Virus record (IMG/VR): IMGVR_UViG_3300048672_000512
Location: 64,001-128,000 of that record
Source of the DNA: a virus
Strand: one strand, 5' to 3'
Length of the DNA: 64,000 nt
Positions within the stretch are counted from its first letter, which is position 1. Each line of letters opens with the position of its first letter. Positions 36,841 through 46,172 of this stretch are shown in pieces. A model generated the notes under the pieces. It did no database searches. It was not told where the DNA came from and worked only from the letters and a program-made list of their open reading frames with translations. Made by a program: the position numbers and the translations under genes.

Positions 36841-37386
36841 TCAGACCAGAGGGTCCAAACCTCGCTTTTTACGCCAGTTAACAACCGAGTCATCACCCTC
36901 CGTTGCTAGGCGACACGCCATTGCAGCTACCTGAACTGCTTCTTTTCGCACGCTAGCTTTTGGTTCATCTAGAACTGCTTTTACCAGTTCACCCGATTCT
37001 TCAGAAAAGGCTAGCGTAGTGATTTCAGTGTCTGGAAACTTTGCTCGTGCTTTAGCTATTTCGGCTGCAACCTCCTGCATAAATCTGCGATCTTCTACAG
37101 TCAAGTCAAAGTTAGAGTTGAGTGCTTCTTCTGCGTTTGCCCACGCTAGAGTAGCCTTCAATGCTTCTTCGTAGCATGGATTTTTATCACTGACGATAAC
37201 GTACTTGCGGGCGGGTTTTCCGCGTAGCTGACGTCTACTCTCTACAGCTGACAGAATTTGAAACAGCTGCTTAATTTCTTCAGTAGCTATGTCGCCGGCC
37301 TCATAAGCCATCTGCAAGTCCCGGCGTTTTACCACCAAGTAGCGAGCATCCAATTTATCAATCTTTTCCATGATGTGTCCTTTCAA
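36841..37386 (-). CDS. Fusion protein with C-terminal MazG-like NTP pyrophosphatase domain
   Basis: LAFSEESGELVKAV...VRKEAVQVAAMACR (EExxE...ExxQ). Confidence 0.6.
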   Translation of the reverse strand: MKGHIMEKIDKLDARYLVVKRRDLQMAYEAGDIATEEIKQLFQILSAVESRRQLRGKPARKYVIVSDKNPCYEEALKATLAWANAEEALNSNFDLTVEDRRFMQEVAAEIAKARAKFPDTEITTLAFSEESGELVKAVLDEPKASVRKEAVQVAAMACRLATEGDDSVVNWRKKRGLDPLV

Positions 37387-40300
37387 CGGTTGTGAGAGTT
37401 GTAATGCTGCATAGCTGGTGACCGGAAGCCACTTAGCACTATGCCGCGTGTCACTTTCTTCTGATCGTCTGTTCCTTCTCCGGAACCAATGGTAGCAAAC
37501 TTGGTTGTGTATTCATGCAGCTTCGGATTGAAAGCTAGTATGTACAAAACGGTAAGCGCGCGTAGCATGTCATCTGTATAGCCTTCTCCTTTGGTGAGAA
37601 CTCCCATCACGTATTTCACAGTCATGAACTGCAAAAGCAAGTGGTCAATCGGCTTGCCAACAAAGTCTTTCTTGAAGTTCTGTGACAGCATCACTTCCTC
37701 GGGAGTCATGGAAAGCATTGGCAGGTCTAGGCTACCGTTGTCTACAGCAGTTTCAAAGTACGGAAAGTGCTTAGGTTGCAACGACAGTTGAAGCGTCTTC
37801 ACTTTGTTAGCCGTATCCTCTGTCAGCTGCTGAAGCATGTCAATGCTGTTCCATCTGTCGGCACCGACGATTACAACGTTGCAGTCTTTCACCATTGGCA
37901 GAATTACATGTTTGTACAGGTACGGGAAGTTTATCTTGGTCCCAGGCCGAGCGACAACTTCAAGAATAGACGTTACGACAAGCGTGCTAGCTTTTCTGTA
38001 ACCCAGAGCTAGAGCAAAAGCGTTGTTTGTGAGCCCTGCGTCCAGAGACAGAATGTGCGGCTCCCATACAGACTTTGTTCCTTCCTTGAGGAAGTGGGCT
38101 AGCGTTCTGCCAAGATTTTTTTCATCAGCATCATAGACGATTCGATGTTCGTTCCTTCTATCATTGGAGAACAGACCTACAACCTGTTGAGAAGTGAAGG
38201 TTGCTGCACTCAGCACCGGCGGGTTTGCTCCAAAGTCGCGCTCTGCCTTTTCTGGATTCTTTGCGTACGCAGACTTGATAGTAGCCGAATCTCTTGGCAT
38301 GAACGGGTTGATGTCCCAAGTAGGCAGCTGCAAACCAAGCATCATTGCATCCGGATTCTTCGCCTCTTCAAGCAACCGGCACATCTTGTCCTTCTTGGAC
38401 ATTGGAGACGAGATAGCTAGATTGAGAGCCATTGGAATGGTGTTGATACCTTTCCTGTACAGGTGACTGACTTCTTCTCGCACCGTCATTAGCGAGTTCT
38501 CAAGCGACTGCCACACTTCGTCTGCATTTGCATGCTCGCGTTCTTCATCTTCTTCCATTTCGTCAGAAGCAGTGTTGACGATAGGAAAGATACCGATCTC
38601 TTCAACTGAAGACAGGGCGCGTGTGTTATGAGAAGTCAACCCGTTAGCATAGAATGCGTGCCCATCTGGAACAGTAACGTCAAACACTGTGACTTTACCT
38701 GTTTGTTTCACTACAGAAGTAACCCTTTCAAAGTGCGGCTGCAGTTTGTAAAGCGTCCTCAAGCCGCTAGCAAATTCTGGATGCATTTTAGCTAAAAACT
38801 CAAGTACGTCTGGACGCTCATAAGCTAGAAACTCAGGAACTCTTCCATCAATCGTGTTACCGCGAATTTTAGACTTTGGTCTTGAGTTCTTTATGAGGCG
38901 CATTGGCGCTGGTCGTACCAACTTCTCCCCGTCAGGAGAAACGAAGTATTTGGACCTAGGAGGTGCCGAATACCAAAGGTTTAGAACCACGCGTCTCAAG
39001 TAAGGGACAGCGCGTCGGTCTGAAGCATAACCAGGAGGTGCACTCTTTATACGATCCTTGAACCTATTGACTTTTGCTCGTTTGAATGTCTCAGAAAACA
39101 AATAGGCATCGTGGCCCGTAAGCGTTAACAGCCATGTTGTGTAGTGCTTAGGTGCATTCTGCTTGTTGCGCCCCATAGACTTAAACTCTACAGACTTGTG
39201 TACACGTCCTACTAAACCGTAGACTTGAAGCAGTATAGTCTGAAGTTGACGTATGAGTTTTTCACTAGCTGATGCTAGTTCAACTTCCACTCCAGTGTCA
39301 GTGCCACGTAGCTTAGCTTTCTTTGTAGGTCCACCGTTTATGTGTCCGTCGCACGCAAAATATGCCTCTAAGTATTCATGAAGAACCTCCCTAGGTGCTG
39401 TACGCACACTAGTTGGTATTTGCTTTTCTGCAGATAGACAGTTTGTGTAGCCCCAGGATTCAAGAACTTTGGTAAAGCTAGAGTTGTTCGGGCTAGGTTT
39501 GTCGTTAACAAAGACACCGTAGGACGCAACACTGATGTTCTTAACATCCTCGCCACGTGCTCGGATATGATAGCCAAGACGTGAAGCAGCTTTCGTAAAC
39601 CTGCTCACCACCGCTGGATCGCCTGAAGTTATTTCGTTTCTGTACCCATTTGCCGTAAACGTGCCAAGTATCGTTGCCTGATCGATTGTCAGTTCGTTGC
39701 TGCCAAACATAGGTCTAGACCTGTTAGTTCTAGATACTATGTAATCACCCTCTTTGATAGAGTCTGCACGCACCCATGCAAAGGACAAATCCGGACGCAT
39801 TACAAGCATCGGATGCTCAGGTGTACACCCTATCTTTATTCCGTTCAACGTCGTTATCTCAAATATGCTACGACTAGCTTTAGCATATACGTGAGACACA
39901 TCCTTTGTACCAGTAAGGGAATCCACTTTCAACTTTGACGGTGTCAGACCTAGTGGTATGTTCAGTTCATCAAAGTGCAGGAAACCATCTGACGTGTTTA
40001 TCATCACGTCGCCCGTCAAGCAGTCTCCCCGAAGTTGGCGCTTTAACGGACCCAGAGGATACAAGTCTATGTTCTTGTGCAGGAATCTTGTTCCAAGAAC
40101 GCCGGTTTTCAGCAGTTCAATTCCATACTTTACTTGGTTGAACTTCAACATAGCGTAGTAGTCTTTGTACCACTGCGAGTTGTTCAGCAAGTCTCTTACT
40201 GGATTCCAAGAAAGACGAATAGCTCGCGCGGCAGACAAACCCACAAACGTGTACGTAAGTGGCGTGAAGTCCTGAATACCACGACAGATAGTGCTCAGCT

Positions 40301-41090
40301 TCGGAGCCTTTAGCAGGCAGTGCAAGTGATAAGTGGAAACCGTTGTAGCTACACTGGTCTTACCACTACGCTGACCCCAACACATTGCAATGCTATTGTA
40401 TGGAACCAAGTCACCATGCAAAATCAATTCAGACTTTGATGTTCCGCACTTTGGGCACTTTCCGTTTTCAAGGAGAATCAGACGCTTGACAAGATCCTTT
40501 ATCTCCATGTCTACCGGTATGTTGTAGATGTCCGAGTACCACTTTGGCTTTGTGCACTTTGGACAATACTCAGCTAAGCCGAGAACCATAGACCACAGCT
40601 GCCGAGCAAACGGTATCTTGACAGACTTCCCTGCAATATCAGTGCAGTAGTGCAGATAGTTCTTGGCACGAGGAAGATCGCGATCGTCTATCTTTAGATC
40701 TCGAATTGTTTTGGTGTCCTCGTCATAAGCCTCGCTCATAGCGTCGAGAATGAAGTTGCCGTCTGCACCACCAAGCTCTTGATTCAGCTCTTCGTCTGTG
40801 AGGCTTTCAATGTCGTCCTCTTCGATGTCCCACAGTGAAGACTTTTTCTTCTTTGCTTTAGCTTCTGGTTTCTGCTTGACAGGAGGTTTCGCTGCTGCAG
40901 TCTTTGGCTTTAGAAGCTCTACTGTTCTAGGCTCAACCTCGATACCAAAAGAAAAGGCTTCCTGCATGGACCCTACTTCCTTCAGACGTGAGAACTTGTC
41001 GCAGTAGTGACCGGAAACCGTCTTGAGTTTATCTCGGCAAGTCAGATACTTTGAGCAGGTCAAGCAGGAGCTTTTCTTTAGGTTAGCCAT
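37383..41090 (-). CDS. terL: Terminase large subunit (about 769 aa after splicing) containing an intein
   Basis: WGQRSGKT Walker A; LRGD|TRALSSVEEIG Walker B region (EE variant); LSLDAG and DDMLRA RNase H nuclease motifs; N-terminal Cys clusters. Confidence 0.88.
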   Translation of the reverse strand: MANLKKSSCLTCSKYLTCRDKLKTVSGHYCDKFSRLKEVGSMQEAFSFGIEVEPRTVELLKPKTAAAKPPVKQKPEAKAKKKKSSLWDIEEDDIESLTDEELNQELGGADGNFILDAMSEAYDEDTKTIRDLKIDDRDLPRAKNYLHYCTDIAGKSVKIPFARQLWSMVLGLAEYCPKCTKPKWYSDIYNIPVDMEIKDLVKRLILLENGKCPKCGTSKSELILHGDLVPYNSIAMCWGQRSGKTSVATTVSTYHLHCLLKAPKLSTICRGIQDFTPLTYTFVGLSAARAIRLSWNPVRDLLNNSQWYKDYYAMLKFNQVKYGIELLKTGVLGTRFLHKNIDLYPLGPLKRQLRGDCLTGDVMINTSDGFLHFDELNIPLGLTPSKLKVDSLTGTKDVSHVYAKASRSIFEITTLNGIKIGCTPEHPMLVMRPDLSFAWVRADSIKEGDYIVSRTNRSRPMFGSNELTIDQATILGTFTANGYRNEITSGDPAVVSRFTKAASRLGYHIRARGEDVKNISVASYGVFVNDKPSPNNSSFTKVLESWGYTNCLSAEKQIPTSVRTAPREVLHEYLEAYFACDGHINGGPTKKAKLRGTDTGVEVELASASEKLIRQLQTILLQVYGLVGRVHKSVEFKSMGRNKQNAPKHYTTWLLTLTGHDAYLFSETFKRAKVNRFKDRIKSAPPGYASDRRAVPYLRRVVLNLWYSAPPRSKYFVSPDGEKLVRPAPMRLIKNSRPKSKIRGNTIDGRVPEFLAYERPDVLEFLAKMHPEFASGLRTLYKLQPHFERVTSVVKQTGKVTVFDVTVPDGHAFYANGLTSHNTRALSSVEEIGIFPIVNTASDEMEEDEEREHANADEVWQSLENSLMTVREEVSHLYRKGINTIPMALNLAISSPMSKKDKMCRLLEEAKNPDAMMLGLQLPTWDINPFMPRDSATIKSAYAKNPEKAERDFGANPPVLSAATFTSQQVVGLFSNDRRNEHRIVYDADEKNLGRTLAHFLKEGTKSVWEPHILSLDAGLTNNAFALALGYRKASTLVVTSILEVVARPGTKINFPYLYKHVILPMVKDCNVVIVGADRWNSIDMLQQLTEDTANKVKTLQLSLQPKHFPYFETAVDNGSLDLPMLSMTPEEVMLSQNFKKDFVGKPIDHLLLQFMTVKYVMGVLTKGEGYTDDMLRALTVLYILAFNPKLHEYTTKFATIGSGEGTDDQKKVTRGIVLSGFRSPAMQHYNSHNR
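38625..40022 (-). mobile_element. Intein (466 aa) with LAGLIDADG-type domain in terL
   Basis: Starts CLTGDVMI, block B CTPEHPM, ends FYANGLTSHN followed by Thr; LGTFTANG and LEAYFACDG motifs. Confidence 0.92.
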
Positions 41091-41522
41091 TTACTCTACT
41101 TTCTTTCTAGTTCGGCGCTGCGTCTTTGCTGGTGTTTCTTCAACCTGCGGCTTCTTCATGTTGTGCAGCTCTTTCAGAAGCTTGTCAGCTAGGTTGACAT
41201 CCGTAACTTCACTGGACACAACACGGGCAAGAAACAGGTTCTCTTCCTCTGGCGAAAGCTTCATGAATTTCCGTACAAAGCTTGCTAGTTTGCTACGGAT
41301 AGCGGCTAGCATGTAGGCTTCGCTCTTCATGATGATGGGGTCCATACCGGGATCCTCACCTAGTGCTATCGTCAGAATCTCTTTTGCGTCAGCAACACCG
41401 TTGAAGAAAGCCAGAGACAGTGGAGCAATCTCCGTAAGAAAGAATTCACGGCACTCGGTTATCGGGTCGCTTACTAACCCGTGCAATTCCTGCTTTAGCT
41501 TTTCCGCTCGATCCAGCACCAT
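41091..41522 (-). CDS. Hypothetical protein directly upstream of terL (start uncertain: 41522 or 41345)
   Basis: Helical ORF with basic C-terminus; overlaps 41446-41940 if the upstream start is used. Confidence 0.55.
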   Translation of the reverse strand: MVLDRAEKLKQELHGLVSDPITECREFFLTEIAPLSLAFFNGVADAKEILTIALGEDPGMDPIIMKSEAYMLAAIRSKLASFVRKFMKLSPEEENLFLARVVSSEVTDVNLADKLLKELHNMKKPQVEETPAKTQRRTRKKVE

Positions 41523-41940
41523 CTGGTTTACTGGATCCGGACGCTTTGCTAGGCTTGCGTCCGGCGCTAGATACGGAAGGTTTGACGACTGGTTGCTTTT
41601 GAGTGTTGAGCTTCTTTTTAGCTGCGTTGGTTGCAGCCTTCGTAGCTTTCGCTTGCTTGTCATGGCGGGTTGTTGGAGCATTGGAAACCTTTGCTGACGC
41701 ACTGTCAAAGGCGTCAAAGTCTATTGAAGAAGCATGAACCGGAACTGCTCGCTTCTCCTTGTTTTGAATAACAGGACGGCGAGACATAAGAAGTGCAATA
41801 TCGTCACCAAGCTCTTCCAGAACGTAGCTCAGATCTTCATCTGAAAGATTCGGATCTTCCATCAGAATCTTGAGGGCTGTGCGAAAGCGTCCGCGCCATT
41901 CCTCTTTTGAAAGTGTTAGTAGTTCGTTAGAAACAGTCAT
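41446..41940 (-). CDS. Hypothetical protein with K/A/S/P-rich tail
   Basis: ATGA-coupled to the upstream gene. Confidence 0.65.
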   Translation of the reverse strand: MTVSNELLTLSKEEWRGRFRTALKILMEDPNLSDEDLSYVLEELGDDIALLMSRRPVIQNKEKRAVPVHASSIDFDAFDSASAKVSNAPTTRHDKQAKATKAATNAAKKKLNTQKQPVVKPSVSSAGRKPSKASGSSKPDGAGSSGKAKAGIARVSKRPDNRVP

Positions 41941-42389
41941 ACGTACACCTCTGAGCTTTCAGGTGGAAGAACAAGCCAACCTGACATGGTAGGCACAAGT
42001 TTTACTGTGAGCCCTACTATCTTCAGGTCACTTGAACGGTGATACGCACCCTCAAAAGCAAGAACTCGGTAAGGGTCACTAGACAGGATGTGATTCAATT
42101 CTGCGTACACATCAAAGCCGACTAACAGAGTTTCACCTCCTGCACCTAGTTGCTGGCGAATGCCGCTGTTAGCTGACATGATAGCCATCAGTAAGTCTTT
42201 CTTGCTGAAGTCAAGAACCTCATGCTTTACCGTCGTGTCTGCTCCGCATAAGAGCATATTGTTTTTCACCAATGCAGCTACGATGCGTTTTGTTTTTCTG
42301 CCTGCACGCGGTGAGACTGTCAATTGATTTGCAAACGTATCACCGACAGTGTAGCGCTTTACGATACGGACATGGTCAGAAGTGCTCAT
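41937..42389 (-). CDS. Hypothetical protein
   Basis: SD GAGG before ATG 42389. Confidence 0.7.
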   Translation of the reverse strand: MSTSDHVRIVKRYTVGDTFANQLTVSPRAGRKTKRIVAALVKNNMLLCGADTTVKHEVLDFSKKDLLMAIMSANSGIRQQLGAGGETLLVGFDVYAELNHILSSDPYRVLAFEGAYHRSSDLKIVGLTVKLVPTMSGWLVLPPESSEVYV

Positions 42390-42397
42390 ACTATTCC

Positions 42398-43759
42398 TCA
42401 TTCATTAAGATCTGCAGTGTAATCCGTCGGCTGCTTGAAGTTTCCGCCCTTGGTGCGCTGACGGTCGGAATTCTTGCTAACCGTTTCAATCTTGTTCAGG
42501 TCTTCCGGTGTCATGTCAGTTACCAGCATCTTTCCGTAGTCGATCTTCAAGGTGAATGGCTTGTCAACTTGGTTACGTGACTTGAGAATGTCAACGTTGA
42601 GATATCCTTGTTCCTTGGATTCCTTTGTAGCTACAAAAGACCAAGCTACGCTTGCATGTTCCTTGACAGTTTGGCTGTACTTTAACTTACCGTCTTCGTT
42701 AACTTGAGCAAGCATGACAACAACTCGGTTTGTACGTTCGGCATACACCTTACCAAGACGGGCAATCGATCCTAGTTTCTTCCATTGTTCATCACCGTCA
42801 GCCCCAGCAAGAAGAGTGATGTAATCAATGTAGACAAGATCTGACTGAATTGAGTCCATTGAAGCTAGCAGCTGTTCAGCTGTCAGATCTTCCTTTGGTT
42901 TGAAGATTGTGTACTTGCCACCTGCTGCAGCTATGCGCTTGTCAGCACGCCGCAAGCGTCGGTAGACAAGGTCGCGTTCACCAGAGGCTAAGCGCTTCAG
43001 GAAGATGTCAATGCTGGACATACCAGACAGGTTTGACATGGTTCTAGAAAGCATTTCAGCCCCGGCCATTTCGAGCGGAGCTAGAGAGGTTTTGTAACCT
43101 AGTTCAGCCTGATTGATGTTAAGCTGATTTGCAATAATGGACTTACCTGAACCAGAGCTTCCACCAATGATAACAAGCGACCCGCGAAAGAGTCCTCCAT
43201 TCACCGAGTCCCAGGTCTTGAAGCCAGTAGGAATTACGTCATCAGTTTCCTCGTTATACAGGATCTCTTCTGCATGCTTCAGCACGTTGGAGTCAACACC
43301 CATCGTGATGATTTCAGCTTCACTGCCTCTACGTGTTTGAAGCCTAGCGACACGCTCGTTGATTTCCATCAATAGACGTTCAGTGTCTACTCGTGGTTTC
43401 TTGAGATTGTTCAGAATGCCATCAGCAAGTGCAAACAGCAAGCGCGTCTTTCGATAGCTGTCAAGCTGATGTAGCAGGTCTTCTGAATCAGCTATGGTCT
43501 TTGGTGGACGCTCGGAATTGCGAAGAAACTCTCGCGTCTCTTCACTCAGACCAATGTCATCACACAGCAGAGCAAATTCAGGTACGTTGCCTTTTCTTTC
43601 AAAGTACGAACGAATTCGTATGTAGGCAGACTTACCTTCTTGCGTATGAAAGAACGTGTCATCAAGTGCACCTAAAAGTGAACCTGAAACCACGGAGTTG
43701 CGCGAACACAATCCGCGCAGTGCTCTACTTTCATGGATTGATGAAAAGAGTTTTGCCAT
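42398..43759 (-). CDS. dnaB: DnaB-like replicative helicase
   Basis: IPTGFKTWDSVNGGL, GGSSGSGKS, PLEM, VYIDYI, MLAQVN, ILKSRN. Confidence 0.9.
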   Translation of the reverse strand: MAKLFSSIHESRALRGLCSRNSVVSGSLLGALDDTFFHTQEGKSAYIRIRSYFERKGNVPEFALLCDDIGLSEETREFLRNSERPPKTIADSEDLLHQLDSYRKTRLLFALADGILNNLKKPRVDTERLLMEINERVARLQTRRGSEAEIITMGVDSNVLKHAEEILYNEETDDVIPTGFKTWDSVNGGLFRGSLVIIGGSSGSGKSIIANQLNINQAELGYKTSLAPLEMAGAEMLSRTMSNLSGMSSIDIFLKRLASGERDLVYRRLRRADKRIAAAGGKYTIFKPKEDLTAEQLLASMDSIQSDLVYIDYITLLAGADGDEQWKKLGSIARLGKVYAERTNRVVVMLAQVNEDGKLKYSQTVKEHASVAWSFVATKESKEQGYLNVDILKSRNQVDKPFTLKIDYGKMLVTDMTPEDLNKIETVSKNSDRQRTKGGNFKQPTDYTADLNE

Positions 43760-43762
43760 CTG

Positions 43763-44608
43763 TTATTTCTTGATCAGAAAGCGATACCGGTAACCGTCTG
43801 GTGAACTGCTATGTGCATAGTACTTAGCCATTTCCGCACTACTATGTATGCGAGTTGAGGCAAGAACTTCCAACGTGTCTGCGTCCTCAACTTCAAATGC
43901 ATATACTTTGTATCCTTCAGCAAGACACGTAGTAACCATGCGCTCCCAGAATTTACGTCCTAGTTTTGATTGAGTTTGATCTGACAAAATACAATTGTTC
44001 AGGTCAAGGAGCTTCTCAAAAGCAAGTTGAGCTACGGACTTTGACGTTCCAAGAGCCTTGGCGCTAGCTACAGCAGGATCCTGCCAAACCGAGGTCTGCG
44101 CTGCAGTACCTCTCGGTAGGCTTGTTGGTAAGTTGTTTCCAACAGGTGTAAGCTCTACTTCGTCAAGTGTGCATAGGTAGGCAAGCTCTCCATCAACACT
44201 AGCAAACAAGAATGGTGACTGCATGAAAGTTGTTTCATACACAATTAGCTTGTCAGTCACCTTCAGAAATACCTTTACACTCTCCCTATTGCTGGACAGT
44301 TCCTTGAGTAGGCTTGACCTTCCTTCTGGAGTTTTTACATACGTTGGTAGGTGCTCGTCTATCTCTGCAGGTGACGCGGTTATGGTTTCTAACATAGGTT
44401 GCACACCATTTCGTGTTCGCATCTTGAGCTTAATCAAATCAACTTGCCAAGGCTCAACGTCGCCGTACTGACGCCTGTATGCAGCTTCTAGTAGTGCATA
44501 CTGCTTCTTATTTGGTTGAGTATGAAACGTGAACCTGGAGTGTATAGTTATCTTCTGTGTTGGTGCCAGAGGTGCACAGTAACCATCGGTGTGTGCTTTG
44601 TTAGTCAT
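43763..44608 (-). CDS. Divergent GNAT-like protein, tandem copy 1
   Basis: N-terminal KAHTDGYCAPL module; AFEKLL...ILSDQTQSKLGRKFW. Confidence 0.55.
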   Translation of the reverse strand: MTNKAHTDGYCAPLAPTQKITIHSRFTFHTQPNKKQYALLEAAYRRQYGDVEPWQVDLIKLKMRTRNGVQPMLETITASPAEIDEHLPTYVKTPEGRSSLLKELSSNRESVKVFLKVTDKLIVYETTFMQSPFLFASVDGELAYLCTLDEVELTPVGNNLPTSLPRGTAAQTSVWQDPAVASAKALGTSKSVAQLAFEKLLDLNNCILSDQTQSKLGRKFWERMVTTCLAEGYKVYAFEVEDADTLEVLASTRIHSSAEMAKYYAHSSSPDGYRYRFLIKK

Positions 44609-44609
44609 A

Positions 44610-45458
44610 CTATTTCTTTATGAAGAAACGGATGCAGTGCCCGGATGGGTCGCTAGCCCCAGAGTAGTAGCTGCCCATTTCATTCACATTCTCTACTCCG
44701 ACAGACTCAGATACATGAAATTCTCCAGGAGAACCTTCAAGCACAGTAAAAGCGTACACCTTGTAGCCACTAGCAAGTGCCTGAGAAACCATTCGTTCCC
44801 AAAACTTGCGCCCTAGCATAGACTGAGTTTCGTCAGATAGAATGCAGCCCTTTGTGTCAAGAAGCTTCCAGAATGCTGCTTGTGCAATAGACTTGCCGTT
44901 CAGACTCAAGGTTCTGCTTAGTTCTGGATCCTGCCATACAGAAGCCTGATAGGCAGTAAGCTTTGGTAACCAATCTGGTAGACTGAAACCGTCAGGCTTA
45001 ACTTCAGATTCGACAAGCTCGCACAGGTATGCTAGTTTGCCATCAACTTCAGCAAACAGGTAGATTTCTCCGTCAGGTAGCTCCGTTCGGTAAACCAAGT
45101 TGCCGTTGTTGAGCTTCAGAAAAGGTCGGGCCGTGTGATGCTTCTTTATGTAGGCAAGCCTTGCTGCGCGAGATTCTTCCGTTTTTACATAGTCTGGAAC
45201 ATAGTCGTCAATTTCTGCAGGAAGCGCAGTGACCCTAGTAAAAGCATTAAGTTTGACGCCATTGCGTATGCGAAGAGCCTGTTTCAGGTAGTCTGAAGAC
45301 AGTCCATCTTGCAACCCTGCACAGAGGTGTGCGTCTTTCAGAGAGTGAAGCTGATTGCTACTAGGCTGCTTATGGCTCTTGAAGAAAGTGCGGGTCGTTA
45401 TCGTTTTATACGGCTGAAGCGGAGCGCAGTATCCGTCAGTATGCGCTTTGTCAGGCAT
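44610..45458 (-). CDS. Divergent GNAT-like protein, tandem copy 2
   Basis: SD GGAG before ATG 45458 (282 aa); KAHTDGYCAPL; AFWKLL...ILSDETQSMLGRKFW. Confidence 0.55.
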   Translation of the reverse strand: MPDKAHTDGYCAPLQPYKTITTRTFFKSHKQPSSNQLHSLKDAHLCAGLQDGLSSDYLKQALRIRNGVKLNAFTRVTALPAEIDDYVPDYVKTEESRAARLAYIKKHHTARPFLKLNNGNLVYRTELPDGEIYLFAEVDGKLAYLCELVESEVKPDGFSLPDWLPKLTAYQASVWQDPELSRTLSLNGKSIAQAAFWKLLDTKGCILSDETQSMLGRKFWERMVSQALASGYKVYAFTVLEGSPGEFHVSESVGVENVNEMGSYYSGASDPSGHCIRFFIKK

Positions 45459-45584
45459 TTGCACTCCTGTCAACCGCAGCTGCATCCTTTTCAGGCGCGT
45501 GCAGAGTTCCGATGACAGGAGTTGTACACAGCCAGGGGCAATACATCTTGTACAGATAGGAAATAGTCAAGCTCCAGAGCATCA

Positions 45585-46172
45585 TCACATCACCTCTACT
45601 TTTCGTTTAACAAGACCCGACGAGTGAAAGAAAACTTGATTCACAGGTCGGTACAGTTTGGTTGCAAAGAAGGTAACCGGATCTTCACCGGCTAGAACAA
45701 ATACCAGCTTAGCATGACCCCGTTTAGCGTCTATCAGATCCTGCGCTAGTTCAAGCCGATGTGGCGTCGTCACGTTTGACAGGCCTTGAACAACAATGAA
45801 ATCTGCTTCGCTGCTTAGTATCGGTTGATCGTACTTTCCAGATAGTCGCCCCCATTGAATCTTCCTGTTAGCGGCGCACTCGATTGCTTTGTGAACAAGG
45901 TGCGCTGCAAAGTAAAGAGCTACCTGATCACTAGGTGCGGAAGAGACTCCGTAGATGCCAGGTTCAAATGGATCTTCAAGAAACCCACGGTAACTGTTCA
46001 GCTGCACAGACTCCGGAAAGAACTTCTCTTTGAGAAAGTCTGAGTTCGTTCCAAAACCTGTTGGGTTGAAACTGAACGGCTTCTGCTGATAAACGTAAGA
46101 AGGAACCTCGATTCCCCTTACTAGAAAGTCTGCGTGGCTTGGAAGTTTTATGAGGCTACTTCGAGTTGTCAT
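45585..46172 (-). CDS. Hypothetical protein, possibly degenerate DnaC/IstB-like P-loop fold
   Basis: GIYGVSSAPSDQVALYFA and DFIVVQGL fall where Walker A and B would sit but lack the catalytic residues. Confidence 0.35.
   Translation of the reverse strand: MTTRSSLIKLPSHADFLVRGIEVPSYVYQQKPFSFNPTGFGTNSDFLKEKFFPESVQLNSYRGFLEDPFEPGIYGVSSAPSDQVALYFAAHLVHKAIECAANRKIQWGRLSGKYDQPILSSEADFIVVQGLSNVTTPHRLELAQDLIDAKRGHAKLVFVLAGEDPVTFFATKLYRPVNQVFFHSSGLVKRKVEVM

Noticed and set aside
32584-40022. Both inteins begin at codon 357 of their host ORFs
   Set aside because: The hosts are unrelated and the insertion contexts differ; treated as coincidence.
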